Of a stretch of 64,000 bases of DNA, positions 38,957 through 52,001 are shown one piece after another. Each line of letters opens with the position of its first letter. The first letter of the stretch is position 1. Below the pieces are notes generated by a model, which searched no databases, was not told the origin of the DNA, and saw nothing but the letters and a program-made list of their open reading frames with translations. The DNA comes from Balanoglossus misakiensis (taxonomy: Eukaryota; Animalia; Hemichordata): assembly GCA_040954595.2 (NCBI GenBank), contig CM082577.2:12495654-12559653 (forward strand). The letters run 5' to 3'. A program made the position numbers and the translations under genes.

Positions 38957-39493
38957 CTGTTCAATTTGAAGTAAATCTGAAGTTTGAAGAAAAGAAGATG
39001 AAGATGGAGATGGAGATGGAAAAGATGAAAGTGCCGCAGAGAGAGAAAGAAATAGAGCTACAAAAGGTGAAGATGGAGAGAGTAAAGATGGAGCATGAAC
39101 TGAAACAGAAAGACAAGGAAACAGATATTAAGATCAAAGAGAAGAAAATCTTATTAAAACAAATAACAGCACTTTATGAACTTCAGATAAAAAGAATCAC
39201 AGATAGAGATGACCCAGATATGATAGAACAGTTGGATGAAGCCTTTGAGAAATACAAAGCAAGACTTGATGGAGTTGTGCAAAGCTCTTTGTGGTTCTTA
39301 CTAAGTTTCCTTTCAGAGGACGACATTGATTATTTCTGGCAGAAATACAAAGCTGGAGAAGTTGGTGAAATGCTGAGTGGTATCCTAATAACATCCGAGA
39401 TGAGATCCCTAGCAGAGAAAGCTGGATGTGTTGTCAGAATCAGAATGAAGATAGATGAAAAATAGTATGAGACTGTCAAACACATACTTCATT
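38957..39493 (+). pseudogene. Gene A exon: coiled coil plus TRADD-N-like domain, in-frame TAG at 39463
   Basis: LDGVVQSSLWFLL...FWQKYKAGEVGEMLSGILIT...IRMKIDEK*YE pattern. Donor GTGAGT at 39494. Confidence 0.65.
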
Positions 39494-41096
39494 GTGAGTA
39501 TTTAAGTCTTCACAAGATTAATAAATGCATCACTCATACTTTTCACAAATTCCTATTCTAACACATCATAGTGTATATCTACCTATCTGCCCAGATAACA
39601 TCAATGTATCTGAGCTACACTCAGGGCAGATAGACATTTCCTATACTTAGAGACGTTCATTTTCATTAGCTTACTCCTGAATTGGATAAAAATTAACAAG
39701 ATTTAACTCAGTACTTGCACTGTTGATATAATCTGAAATAGTTGTATCACTAAAATAAAACTTTGATTTGAAAGAAATGTGTTCCTAAATGACTTTTTGA
39801 GAAAGGGCAGCCAAACAATATGTTTTAGCGTAATTTGTGTTTTATTACATATAGTGTAAATAGACTAGAGGGAATACATATTTTATTTTTATTACATACG
39901 TCTGCTGTCTACACCATCCCTGAGAAGACCTGGGTGAGAACTGTTGCATACGATGAACGGGAGAGATATGTTTTAGATCATGTTGAAGAGAACAGCCAAG
40001 CTAAGTATTTGATACAGCAGTCCAGATTTCATCCAATTGTGGGTGAATTGAGATCGGAAGAATTTTTCTTTCCTTCTCTTGTGTCTTACTGGTATGAGAA
40101 TTGTTATACTTTACCATCAACTTTGACAGAAGCAACTGAATACGCAATTAAACATCATGTAGAGATGTATTGTAGGGAACATCAACTTGAGATAGAGAAT
40201 GTTTGGGATGTAGTGCAGGACAGGCTTTGTGAAATTGGAGAGAAAGTATTTCAAGACTTTGAGAAAAACAAGACTGTGTGCCTACAGTTTGATGCCTCTT
40301 ATGAAGAGAATTATTTATTTGGTTTGTTGATGACCCATCCATGTTATTCTGACAGTGAATCAGAGAAATCTATCTTTGTTAATGTTGTAACACGTGACAA
40401 TTATGAGAGTGACGATTATGATAGCGACGGTTATGATAGCAGTGTGGTTCAAATGTCATCTAAATGTCTTTTTCTGAATCAGTATATACACTTTTATGCA
40501 GTTGCTTTATATATCAGTAAAACCAAAGACATATTTCTGAAGCAACAAACAGTTGAGATGTTGGTAGAGTTCATGCCAGTGACTCTACATTATGTAGCTG
40601 GTATCCTTCACGAGAATGCAATATTCTTCTTCGAAATACTCACAAATTATATTATGAAGAAATATCCAGTGACCTATGACTGTTTTGCACTACTTGGGTC
40701 TTGTCTTCTTGAATCAAAATATCCAGAAAAGTTTACAAGCATGATTCAACAGTTATTAAAACCTCAAACATTAGAACTGTCAGAATATGATTTTATAAAT
40801 AGAGTCTCTCAGCAAAGTTTGCAAGCTGCATCCCTTATTATAGGGAACACTTCTGTTGTTCAGAATATCAATTTGACAAGCGATAAAGAAAGGGCATACA
40901 TATCAGAGGAGTTCAACCAACATCTGAATGTAATGATTGAAAATCCATCATCAACTGTCAAATTTCAAGTGAAAAACTCAACTGAATTGACTGTGGTCAC
41001 TAGATATATCACATTCCACAGGCTTCTAATGACTCACATACATAAATCTGTCAGAGGTCACAGTGAGGTCAGTCTGAGGGGTGTGACTATTCATTA

Positions 41097-41791
41097 AACA
41101 CGTTCCGAACTAATTTCGGAATTTCCAGACAATTTTCGGAATTCCTTTTAAATTTTAGAAATTTTTCATCAGATATAAGTGTTACTATTTATTGGACATG
41201 TTTTTATCATTGTTTGCTTTTTAAGGTCATTCTCATCCCCAAAAAAGCCGCTTTAGGCCTCATGTTCAGTAAAAAATTCAGCTGAATTTTCCAGGGATCA
41301 CACAAATCAGTAAAAAATTCAGCTGAATTTTTTGATGAACAAAGTCTTTCAGTAAAAAGTCAGCTGAATTTTTCTCTGATTTGTGTGATCCCTGGAAAGT
41401 TCAGCTGAATTTTACACTGATCACACATTTTTGGGAAGGTCTGGCGCAAAATAAAGGATGACAAAGTCTTTCAGTAAAAAGTCAGCTGAATTTTTCACTG
41501 ATCACACATGTTTGGTAAAATTTTCAGCTGATTTTTCATTCACTGACATTATCTGTGAAAAAATCAGCTGAATTTTTCACTGATTTGTGTGATCCCTGGA
41601 AAGTTCAGCTGAATTTTACACTGATCACACATTTTTGGGAAGGTCTGGCGCAAAATAAAGGATGACAAATGTAAATCCAATGTCACATTTGTAAACCTCT
41701 AAGTATTGTACACTCATTCTATTAAGTATATGCAAATAGAACAGATAATTTTTTCGGAATGTGGAATTCCGAAATTAGTTCGGAATGTGTT
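41097..41791. mobile_element. TIR-bounded insertion containing a palindrome array
   Basis: TIR AACACGTTCCGAACTAATTTCGGAATT / AATTCCGAAATTAGTTCGGAATGTGTT. No TSD visible. Confidence 0.8.
41265..41668. repeat. Array of about 8 TCAGCTGA-centred palindromes (about 41-bp spacing) with a 90-bp direct repeat
   Basis: Repeated AAAAATTCAGCTGAATTTTT variants. 41376-41465 recurs at about 41579-41668. Confidence 0.85.
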
Positions 41792-42874
41792 CCAAGCAAT
41801 TGATGACAAATTTCAGGATGTTGCTAATGAAACGATTCAGGCACTTGTCAAAGCATTGGGATCACTGCCTCTGTTGAAATCACTCCATTTCACTGGATTT
41901 AATGAAGCATTTATCACAAAGGTTTTCGAAATAATGGGAAATGAAAATGTGTCATTAAAAGTAAGGAAGTTGGAGTTGCCACATAATGATATAGAATACA
42001 CTTTTATTGGTGTACTTCTGAGAGCTGTCAAATGTTTTCCATTTCTGAAGGATATAGATGTCTCGAACAACAAGTTAGGTTCCCTTGGGTGTGTAGCATT
42101 GTTACCATTGGCTGGTGAAATCAATGTTCTGTTGGAGAATAATGGTGTGGAAGAAAGTCTTGAAAGGTTGTTAGAGTGTGAACAGATCGCAAACCAGGTT
42201 GGAGATTTCAAATCACATGTGACACACTTCAAAACTGTGGATGAAATTTTCAATTTGCACAAACAACTAAACTCTGTAGAACAAATATGTGTTTCAAGTT
42301 TATCTTCTGACATTACCAACTTCCTATGTTTAAATTTGGCTTTCTTCAAGAACTTAAAACATTTAGTTATTATTGAGTGTGATTTCACTACTGACAATGC
42401 TAAAGTTGTTGCTGACAGTTTTAAGCTTCTGTTGTCTCTGAGACAATTAGACGTCAGTTCAAATAACATAGGAGATTATGGCATTGAGTATATTGGTAGA
42501 AAACTGCATGTACTGGAACATCTTACTGATGTTAATTTTAGTAACACTGGTATCAGTTTGAGAGGAATAGTTGGTTTGTTGAACACTGTGCGACAGAATC
42601 AACAACAAATTGTCAATGTTGCAAACAATGACATCAGGGACCTTAAGTACATCCTACTACTTGTTCCACGGGAACTGCAGACATGTTTCCATAATGTCAA
42701 TTTTGATGAAGACAGTCTAACGCTAGATAAATTAGTATTCATCAAGGAAATTGTCAAAGCATGTACAAATGTGGAGGTGAGCGAGCAGTGGAGTCAGGCT
42801 GAATTTGAAGACTTCTGTGATGGGTTAAGTATTCTTTCATGTGTACGCACTCTGAAACTTAGTGGTTGTCATTT

Positions 42875-45590
42875 TGGAGATGTCGGTGCAGAGAGTTTAA
42901 GTAAAGGGATGAAGAATATGACTGGGCTGACACATCTGGATCTTAGTCGTAATAACATTGGAGATGTTGGTGCAGAGAGTTTAAGTAGAGGGATGGGGAA
43001 TATGACTGTGATGGAATACCTGGATCTTAGTCATAATAACATTGGAGATGTTGGTGCAGTCGAGAGTTTAACTGTGATGAAGAATATGACTGGGCTGAGA
43101 CACATAGATCTTAGTCATAATAACATTGGAGATGTTGGTGCAGAGAGGTTAAGTAAAGGGATGGAGAATATGTCTGGGCTGGGACACCTGGATCTTAGTT
43201 ATAATAACATTGGACATATTGGAGCAGAGAGTTTAAGTACAAAGGTGGGGAATATGACTGGGCTGTGGCACCTGGATCTTAGTCATAATAACATTGGAGA
43301 TGTCGCTGCAGAGAGGTTAAGTAAAGGGATGGAGAATATGTCTGGGCTGGGACACCTGGATCTTAGTTATAATAACATTGGACATATTGGAGCAGAGAGT
43401 TTAAGTACAAAGGTGGGGAATATGACTGGGTTGTGGCACCTGGATCTTAGTCATAATAACATTGGAGATGTCGCTGCAGAGAGGTTAAGTAAAGGGATGG
43501 AGAATATGTCTGGGCTGGGACACCTGGATCTTAGTTATAATAACATTGGACATATTGGAGCAGAGAGTTTAAGTACAAAGGTGGGGAATATGACTGGGCT
43601 GTGGCACCTGGATCTTAGTCATAATAACATTGGGCATATTGGTGCAGAGAGTTTAAGTACAAAGGTGGGGAATATGACTGGGCTGTGGCACCTGGATCTT
43701 AGTTATAATAACATTGGGCATATTGGTGCAGAGAGTTTAAGTAGAGGGATGGGGAATATGACTGGGCTGAGACACCTGGATCTTAGTCATAATAACATTG
43801 GGCAAATTGGTTCAGAGAGTTTAAGTACGAAGGTGGGGAATATGACTTGGCTGAGGCACCTGGATCTTAGTCATAATAACATTGGGCATATTGGTGCAGA
43901 GAGTTTAAGTAGAGGGATGGGGAATATGACTGGGCTGAGACACCTGGATCTTAGTCATAATAACATTGGGCATATTGGTGCAGAGAGTTTAAGTAGAGGG
44001 ATGGGGAATATGACTGGGCTGAGACACCTGGATCTTAGTCATAATAACATTGGGCATATTGGTGCAGAGAGTTTAAGTACAAAGGTGGGGAATATGACTG
44101 GGCTGAGACACTTGGATCTTAGTTATAATAACATTGGAGATGTCGGTGCAGAGAGTTTAAGGTGGCATTGCATGAAAAGTTGTGATTTTTGCCAAATTTT
44201 ACTTTTTTACATAAATCGGTAGGCCTAATACTGACCCACAACCTGACTAATACGTCTTGGCGGAAATGGTGCATAATCACCCCAAAATAGCACTTTTCTG
44301 AATGAGTTCACAGCTTAACAAATAGGTGTCAACAATGCAAATAGCCGTTTTTCTCAGTTTGCATTTTCGCTGCTCTTGACAACTTCGGACTAAAATAGCT
44401 TCGCCCTGCGTTGGCCGAATTTGCTCAAATTTTGACAGGGAATTGTGTATGACCCATCCAACAAAACGCTCGTTTTGTTTGTCGATAAAGTGTCCCTGGC
44501 GGGAATAAACTCTGATTCAATACAACTCACCGTGAATTTGATCAAATTTTCTGAAAATCTAACTTTTAAACGCTGTTACTCCTCAATGGAAGCAGATAAC
44601 GCAAAACAAAATTAGCGTTTTTTTGCACGTGTACTCTAGTTTTGAATGACATATTAAGATGCATGATGCATGGTCAACTTTTTTACCTATTTTAAATTTC
44701 ATGACATAATATCAAAAAATGGTTTTTTTCACCCAAAATCGCCACCATTTCCGGGGATCAATAATATTTGCAACTCAAACAAAAGTTCAAAATCTCAGCT
44801 TCCAGAATATATATGGTTTATGGGGGTTTTAACTTTTTCTTTGATGAGAAATAGGCCTCTGAAAAAGTCTTGACGGTTTCATGCAGTGCCACCTTAAGTA
44901 AAGAGATGGGGAATATGACTGGGCTGAGACAACTGGATCTTAGTCATAATAACATTGGATATTTTGGTGCAGAGAGTTTAAGTAGAGGGATTGGGAATAT
45001 GACTGGGCTGGCACACCTGGATCTTAGTTATAATAACATTGGAGATGTTGGTGCAGAGAGTTTAAGTAAAGGGATGGGGAATATGACAGGGCTGAGACAA
45101 CTGGATCTTAGTCATAATAACATTGGGGATGTTGGTGCAGAGAGTTTAAGTAAAGGGATGGGGAATATGACTGGGCTGAGACAACTGGATCTTAGTCATA
45201 ATAACATTGGGGATGTTGGTGCAGAGAGTTTAAGTAGAGGGATTGGGAATATGGCTGGGCTGGGACACCTGGATCTTAGTTATAATAACATTGGGGATGT
45301 TGGTGCAGAGCGTTTAAGTAAAGGGATGGGGAATATGACTGGGCTGAGACAACTGGATCTTAGTCATAATAACATTGGGGATGTTGGTGCAGAGAGTTTA
45401 AGTAAAGGGATGGGGAATATGACTGGGCTGGGACACCTGGATCTTAGTTATAATAACATTGGAGATGTTGGTGCAGAGAGTTTAAGTAAAGGGATGGGGA
45501 ATATGACTGGGCTGAGACAACTGGATCTTAGTCATAATAACATTGGAAATGTTGGTGCAGAGGGGTTAAGAAAGTTGAAGAATATGACTT
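42875..45590 (+). repeat. 84-bp coding LRR array 2 (23 units; 15 before and 8 after the Kolobok insertion)
   Basis: Same unit as array 1 with different variant residues. Confidence 0.95.
44161..44893. mobile_element. Non-autonomous Kolobok-type transposon, copy 3, inserted in an LRR unit
   Basis: TTAA TSD (44157-44160 / 44894-44897) within GAGAGTTTAAGTAAA, TIR GGTGGCATTGCATGAAA. Confidence 0.92.
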
Positions 45591-45764
45591 GGTCAGAGGA
45601 TCTTGTTGGCAAAAGGACTTATTTTGGGTATTCTACATTAGCTGGTGCAGGTGTCTCATCTGGTAAATCTAAAATGTTGGTTGAGCCATATACCACGTTT
45701 AAGTCAGAAATTAGACATAAAAAAAGTCATTCACTAGAAAAAGAATCTGGTCGCAGTGAAAGTC

Positions 45765-46480
45765 ACAAGTTGAAGTATGACACAAAAACTGCTGCAATGT
45801 CTGACATTAATGTATTAAGTGAATCTGATGTAGATGTTGATGTTCTCTTATCTAGGAAATTTAAAAGACGAGGTGAGTCACATACCTCTTCTATGTCTGA
45901 ATTTGGACATGAAAAGAAGTCTTAGGCTAAAAGACAATAAGATCTGTTTCCAACTTCTCAATACAAGTCAAAAACTGGTTGTTGTAAAAGTTATAAGCTG
46001 AAGTATGATACCAAATCTACAGGTGTTCCAATGTCTGAAGTTAATGTAAGTGAATCCGATGTACCGGTAGATGTTCTTTTATCTAGAAAATATAATAGAC
46101 AAAGTGTGTCACATACCTCTTCCATGTCTGAATTTGGACATGAAAAGAAGTCTTAGGCTAAAAGACAATAAGATCTGTTTCCAACTTCTCAATACAAGTC
46201 AAAAACTGGTTGTTGTAAAAGTTATAAGCTGAAGTATGATACAAAATGTGCCGGTGTTTCAATTTGGTTTCCAGTTTGGCTTACTCTATTGTACAGAGGA
46301 GGGTTCTGCTGAATCTGGTGTAGATGTTTTCTTCTCTCGCGAATTTGAAAGATTGGGTGAGCAGCACACCTCTTTTTAGGTATGAATTGGGAGATGAAAA
46401 AAAGCCCTTGGGGGAAAAAGACAGGAAGATCTATTTGTCACTTGTCAATGCAAGTTGAAAACTGGTTCTTATGATAGCCA
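45765..46480 (+). repeat. About 231-bp tandem units spanning the stop codon and 3' UTR
   Basis: GAAAAGAAGTCTTAG ends at 45925 and 46156, followed by a third degenerate unit. Two units are present at 25455-25950. Confidence 0.8.
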
Positions 46481-49400
46481 CAAACCAATAAAGATTGGAT
46501 GATCCATTGGCAATGTCTAATGTCAGAATCTGGTCGCCATGAAAGTTACAAACCAAAATGATTGTATGATCCATTTCCCATCTGTAATTAAAGCCATGAA
46601 GTCTCCACATTGGATTCAGTAAAGATAACATCATTTGAAGTCACAGTTTTTGTATGAGTAAGTACATGATGAGTTTTGGAGTATTGTCCATGAATATTGA
46701 GTAATTCTGGTCTGTTGCGGGTATTTCTGACTTGAATGTGTTTTTCCAGATCATATCTGAAAGTCAATGTTGTAGGATTTCTATATTCAAGTTGGTTTTT
46801 GTCGTTTCAGTCAGCTATGACTCTCAATTGTTCATTTCCCCCCAGTTTAACTACTGACCATGTTTCCAACCAATAAGTCACTGATTTTGGTAAGGATGGG
46901 GAAGGTTAGTGGTAAATGATTTCAGATCAGTAACACTTCTGTTCCACATCAATATGACTGCATTGACATACCAAGGGGGAACTTGTTGAAATGACTGGGG
47001 AAGACCATGCAGTAATTATTGATTCAGATGCCGTCCATAACAAAAATAGTGTAGGTGAAACCACGGCAGTTCAAACACATGACATTACAATACGCCCCTT
47101 AAGTTATACATAATCATCGATGTGCATTGTTTGTATCATTTTCATAATGACGTATTGTCTTCTATTTTCCTGGGAACACTTCAGTAGTCTTAACTTGCCA
47201 TGTTTTTATTCCCGAGTGTCTAATTACTCTGGTGAAGCCTTATGGACATTTGTTCACTTGCTCTCACAGTCTGACCTTTAAGTTTAAAATGGTTGTCAGT
47301 TTTGATATTGTTTTGAGTTGTTGTTTTATGGCCAAAGTTTCTGTACAATTTCTGTTCTGGTAGTCGTCATTTCAGTGAGCTATGACCCTGTTGTAGATTT
47401 TCCTGTAGCCTTCTGGCAACTGCTGAACATGTTTCCAAGTAACAGACAAAACCAGGAATTGGAAGGCACATACAAACTTTACTTAGTGACCATAAAGGCA
47501 GCCATACCAATGAACATATTTCATTGTAGTACGTTGCTCATCCACACATATTAATTTTGTTAGTACGGTATCCTTTTAACGTATGACTTTATTCTGCAAC
47601 ACTGCAGTAATATGTGTGCACAATTTTTTAAAATTCCAGAGTAGATCTTATTAAAGTGGGCCTTATCGATATTTGTTCACATGCCCTGACAGTCTGAACT
47701 GTAAATGGCCTGTAACTTTGGGTATTTGTTTGAGGTTTTGTTTGATGACAAAGGTTACCATAGTACTTACCATACAAGGTGAGATAGAGAACTAATGAAT
47801 ATTAAACAATAAATAATAATTTCCCTCCATTAGTTTGTCAAATTGCCAGACGTTGCCAGTGATGATCATGAAATCAACAGAAATCAATCATTCATGAAAA
47901 CACATTTCATTGTCATATGTGCCAAGATCAGTTACAAAGGCAGGTTGTGTGTGAACCAGAAAATATAACTTCTCCAACTCATTACAAAGATCATAGAATT
48001 GTCATCAGCTCCCAATTGGAATAATTATGTAATGTATATCGGAAGGAGATTTTCAGATCTTTAGGCATTGATTGTCCATATGTAACATACATTATAGTCC
48101 TATTATTATTTTTTTAATCAAGACTTGAAATTGGCAGTACTTTTTAACCAGACATTTCAAGTGTATGAATGGTTGAGTTTTAAACTTATTCTTGTATATA
48201 TTGATTGTAAATATTACATTTCCTTTTCATTATCTTGTCAAAATTTGTTTTCACACTGGATATTTTATCAATCAGAATATTTTATTTGGCCATTTTATTG
48301 AAGCTGAATTTTCATTTCTACAGCAGTGAGTACATCATTTATATTATAATGATGTGTTTATAATTGTTTTATTGTTCTGAGTGGTACAGAAGAATTGAAT
48401 CCACCATTGCACTTTTATGAACTTTAATATTTTGGAATGTCTTTCAACATTCAATATTATTTGCAATGATGTACATTGTAGCAGTTCCACTTCGCATCTA
48501 CTTGGACTTGCTAGCAACTGTGTTTTATGGGACCTGTACCCACAGCTGCAGATGAGATGACCTCTACCCTTTAAATGTTCTGTTCATTTTATTGTTTATG
48601 TTTATTGTTGTTAAGTTTAATACATTCTGTTTAGTATTACAAACGGTTTTCATAATTATTACATTCTAAATATACATTCTGAATATAAATTTAGCAATTA
48701 TGTTTGAATTTGTGTTGTTTACTTTTGTTTAGGTTTATCATTGAAAATTTATTTTTTATTAGTATTACATTATATAGTAGTCAATTTATGATCATTATTT
48801 AATTTTTTATGACTAGGTTCAAAGCATGTTATGAATTGTGCACGCAAGTTTTATATTGTGTTTATTTTTGTTCTAGTTTATTCATTTAGAAACTTTTTTG
48901 TTTATTATTGCATGAAGCATTAAATGTTCATCATTATTACATTATTTGTCTAGTTTATTTTATATGAGAATTTGGTTTAAAGGGAAAAATTGATAACTTT
49001 TGAAATGTTCAGTTATTTTCATTTCATTTGATGGGCTATTAATATTTGTCTACTCTCTGAAACATGTTCAATGGCTAGTTGTTACAATTCAACTTACACC
49101 CTATATATACAACTTACACATGAATATAACCATCATGTCAGCAATATAATTTTTGGTGCAGACCAAAAATTAAATGATGGAATTATTCATGTGTAATATC
49201 CATATAAGGGTTGTGAAGTGAGTTGTGACAATCGGTCAATGAGCATGTTTCGGTTAGTAGAACAACATAAAAAGTCCATCGAAAGAATCTAAAATAACCT
49301 AAATAATGTCAAAAGTTAGTGACTTTGTTCCTTTATGTGTGAAATAATTGTTTGAATGAAAGTGAACACAGTACACTAGAGTTTGAGCAGAATATCCACT

Positions 49401-50612
49401 AACTGCAGAGAATTTACCAACTCTCTACAAGCAAGCTCACTCTATATTCACCCCCACACAAACAGTTCTTCATAAACACATCATGTATGAGATGATGCCA
49501 AAGTCAACAGAAACCACTGACTTGGTCAGGTTTTACACATAATCACAACCAGTCCTTCAAATCTGAAAAACTTGCCATAAGACCAAATTTTAATGACCAC
49601 AAATTAACCTGTCTCAAATCTATAATGTTTTCAATTTTATCTGAAAAAAAAATATTTTGGATTTAGTACATCCAATCAAATCACTATAATCCCCAAAATT
49701 GAATCCAGGTTCAGATGTGATTACCGCCCTCATGTGGTCATAATACCACAGAAGTAATCTTTCGTACAACATTGACATACACATCAATTGATTGAGCAAA
49801 AACATGACTTAGAATTTTTTTCTTTTAAAACTTTCACTTATCTACAGTCCACACAAACAGGTTTTATGCACAGATAGGGTTGGAGCATCTGTCTATAGGC
49901 TAGATCAAGCGGATCCCAAGGGTTAATAAAGTCACTAGATGACCATGAAGAACAGAAACATAAGAAGATCCCATAGAGGGGCCGTCTGTTGGTTAATGTT
50001 TAACAGACTCACGTGACTGGAAGTAGGATGTGATAGGGTGCAAGCTGGAGGCTGGATTTTGAAGAGTTCTACCAGAGCCGAAAGTAAGTGTTTTCTTGCT
50101 AATGCGATCTATAATTCTTGATAAATCTTGAAAATAAGTGCATGAGGAATTATTTGAATTGGATTTTTGAACAGATTTGCTGCAATACAGTGGTTAAAAC
50201 CTTAAATCTACTTGTGTTCAGAGGTCACCTGAGGTCACTTTAAGTGGCATTTTTCAGTAGCTATTTCCTTGTACTAAATTTGGGATCAGGCAAACTTACG
50301 TAGCGATAGAAGACAAATAGTATCATTTTTAGTATTTCGGGTTGTTCAGCTAAATTTACAGACTAGACTGGAAGATTTATGACATCCAAAAGTACCTGAA
50401 ATTTGTGATTGAATTCATTACAGTCGCTCTCAGACCACTGCTGTACTAGTTTTGTACATAGCACTAACACTTGTGAATAATACGGGTATAGTCATATTTT
50501 GCCAGTATCTCGGCTGCATCTTTTAGAGTCCACATAGCTAGCCGAGGGAGTGATTGGACTATGGACCTGTGCATATTCAGTGGACAGGTTGTGTTTTCCC
50601 AACAGCCAAGGT

Positions 50613-51186
50613 CAGGGGTACGTAAGAAAGCGGCGTGGCCAACTGCAACGACGTATTTGCGAACCGAAAAGCGCGCTAGACCTTGAAAATGAATTACTTC
50701 CCGCCACGGAGAACTTGAAACGCTGCAGTTGACCCCTAAAAATACCTAGAAAATACAAGTTGAGGGCGCAATCAACATGGCGGAAGTTGTTTGCAGCGGA
50801 CATCCCAGCATCTGTAAAGTTTAATTTTCGTGGAAAAATTGACATTTGGGAAATCATGTATGCATGGAAAGGGGTAGGAAGGGGTATTGTCGTATTTCAG
50901 ATGTACACTCCCACCCTGTAGAGCTTGTAGGTTTTTTCGTATCTTCTTCAAAAGTAGCGAGGGTTCAGCAAAATCGTTTGGCACAACTATATTGAAACCC
51001 ATTAGTCCCAGAACGCGCTAACTTTTATTCCGAAACTTTGCTTTCAAACATATTAAAATATCAATAAATATTTAAAATATGCGCCCTCAACTTGTATTTT
51101 TTAGGTATTTTTAGGGGTCAACTACAGCGTTTCGGTTCGCAAATATGTCGTTGCAGTTCGCCACGCCGCTTTCTTACGTACCCCTG
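50613..51186. mobile_element. MITE with long TIRs and 5-bp TSD (superfamily unclear)
   Basis: TSD AAGGT, about 55-bp TIR starting CAGGGGTACGTAAGAAAGCGGCGTGG, extra subterminal inverted repeats. Absent from the paralogue near 32355. Confidence 0.85.
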
Positions 51187-51218
51187 AAGGTATAAGCTGA
51201 GGCCTGCCAAAGAAGTTT

Positions 51219-51628
51219 TAGCCCGGAGACCAGGGCGTCGATCTAGAATACAACGCCCGGGGACAGTCGAGCAATGTTCTGCTGAGCTGAAAGATAGTAG
51301 CCCTGGCAGCGTTGAGGGTCGCTTAGTAACGAATGGATAACGAGTGATCTATCAACTGTTGACGGGCGCCAGTGGTTGGATGATATAATTAACAAAGCTT
51401 GGTTATGAATATTCATACACCTTCAAAACCACTCCCACATCCCGTCGCGGGAATTTCACACCTCTATTTCCTTATTTAGAATGCGATGATGTCATTTGGT
51501 TTACATTGAGTGACAAATATTAGCTTACACGCAAGATTTACCACCCGTGTCGTTCTGCGCACAGAATTCTGTGCGTAAATAGAGACTGTCACCGGGCATT
51601 TCTTTTCGACGCCCTGGTCTCCGGGCTA
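51219..51628. mobile_element. MITE with TAG...CTA ends and 9-bp TSD (AcademH-like or MuDR-like)
   Basis: TSD AAGAAGTTT, perfect TIR TAGCCCGGAGACCAGGGCGTCGA. Confidence 0.85.
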
Positions 51629-52001
51629 AAGAAGTTTGGTCCACGGTTGGGTCAACAAATATAAATAATGAGAAAATTATACTACCTGATAATGTTAAGT
51701 AGAGCTACCATGATTAGGAAAGTTTAACTCTGCATTGAAACAATTTGGTTTGATATTAATGACAAAATATTTAATTAGCCCTCAGTCGCATTATGGTCAG
51801 GTAACAGTTAGAAAAGTTAATCAATGATGTGCTCCATGTCTGTATCATTGATAAAATCGTTTGACATTTTCATCCAAATTTGAACTCTCAGTTTTGCACC
51901 AATAATACTTCCAAATGTACTAGCCATACTGATTTGAATTTTTTAACAGGTGTGGTTGATGTTATTGGAGCTGTAGTATTTTCTGGTGAATCCATATTGA
52001 A

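Larger units (their letters stand above)
39880..45925 (+). pseudogene. Gene A 3' region: NLR-type helical/winged-helix region and LRRs, interrupted by two insertions
   Basis: LPSTLTE, LCEIGEKVF, FGLL, FLNQYIHFYAVALYI resemble post-NACHT motifs. Removing 41097-41791 and the Kolobok copy plus one TTAA joins three ORFs in frame. The 5' splice acceptor was not resolved. Confidence 0.75.

Noticed and set aside
41265-41668. CRISPR-like look: palindromic repeats with spacers
   Set aside because: Eukaryotic context, no cas genes, and spacers repeat or invert each other. It lies inside a TIR element.
41837-42469. 210-aa antisense ORF and similar antisense ORFs over coding exons
   Set aside because: Shadow frames of real sense-strand coding sequence with no recognisable motifs.
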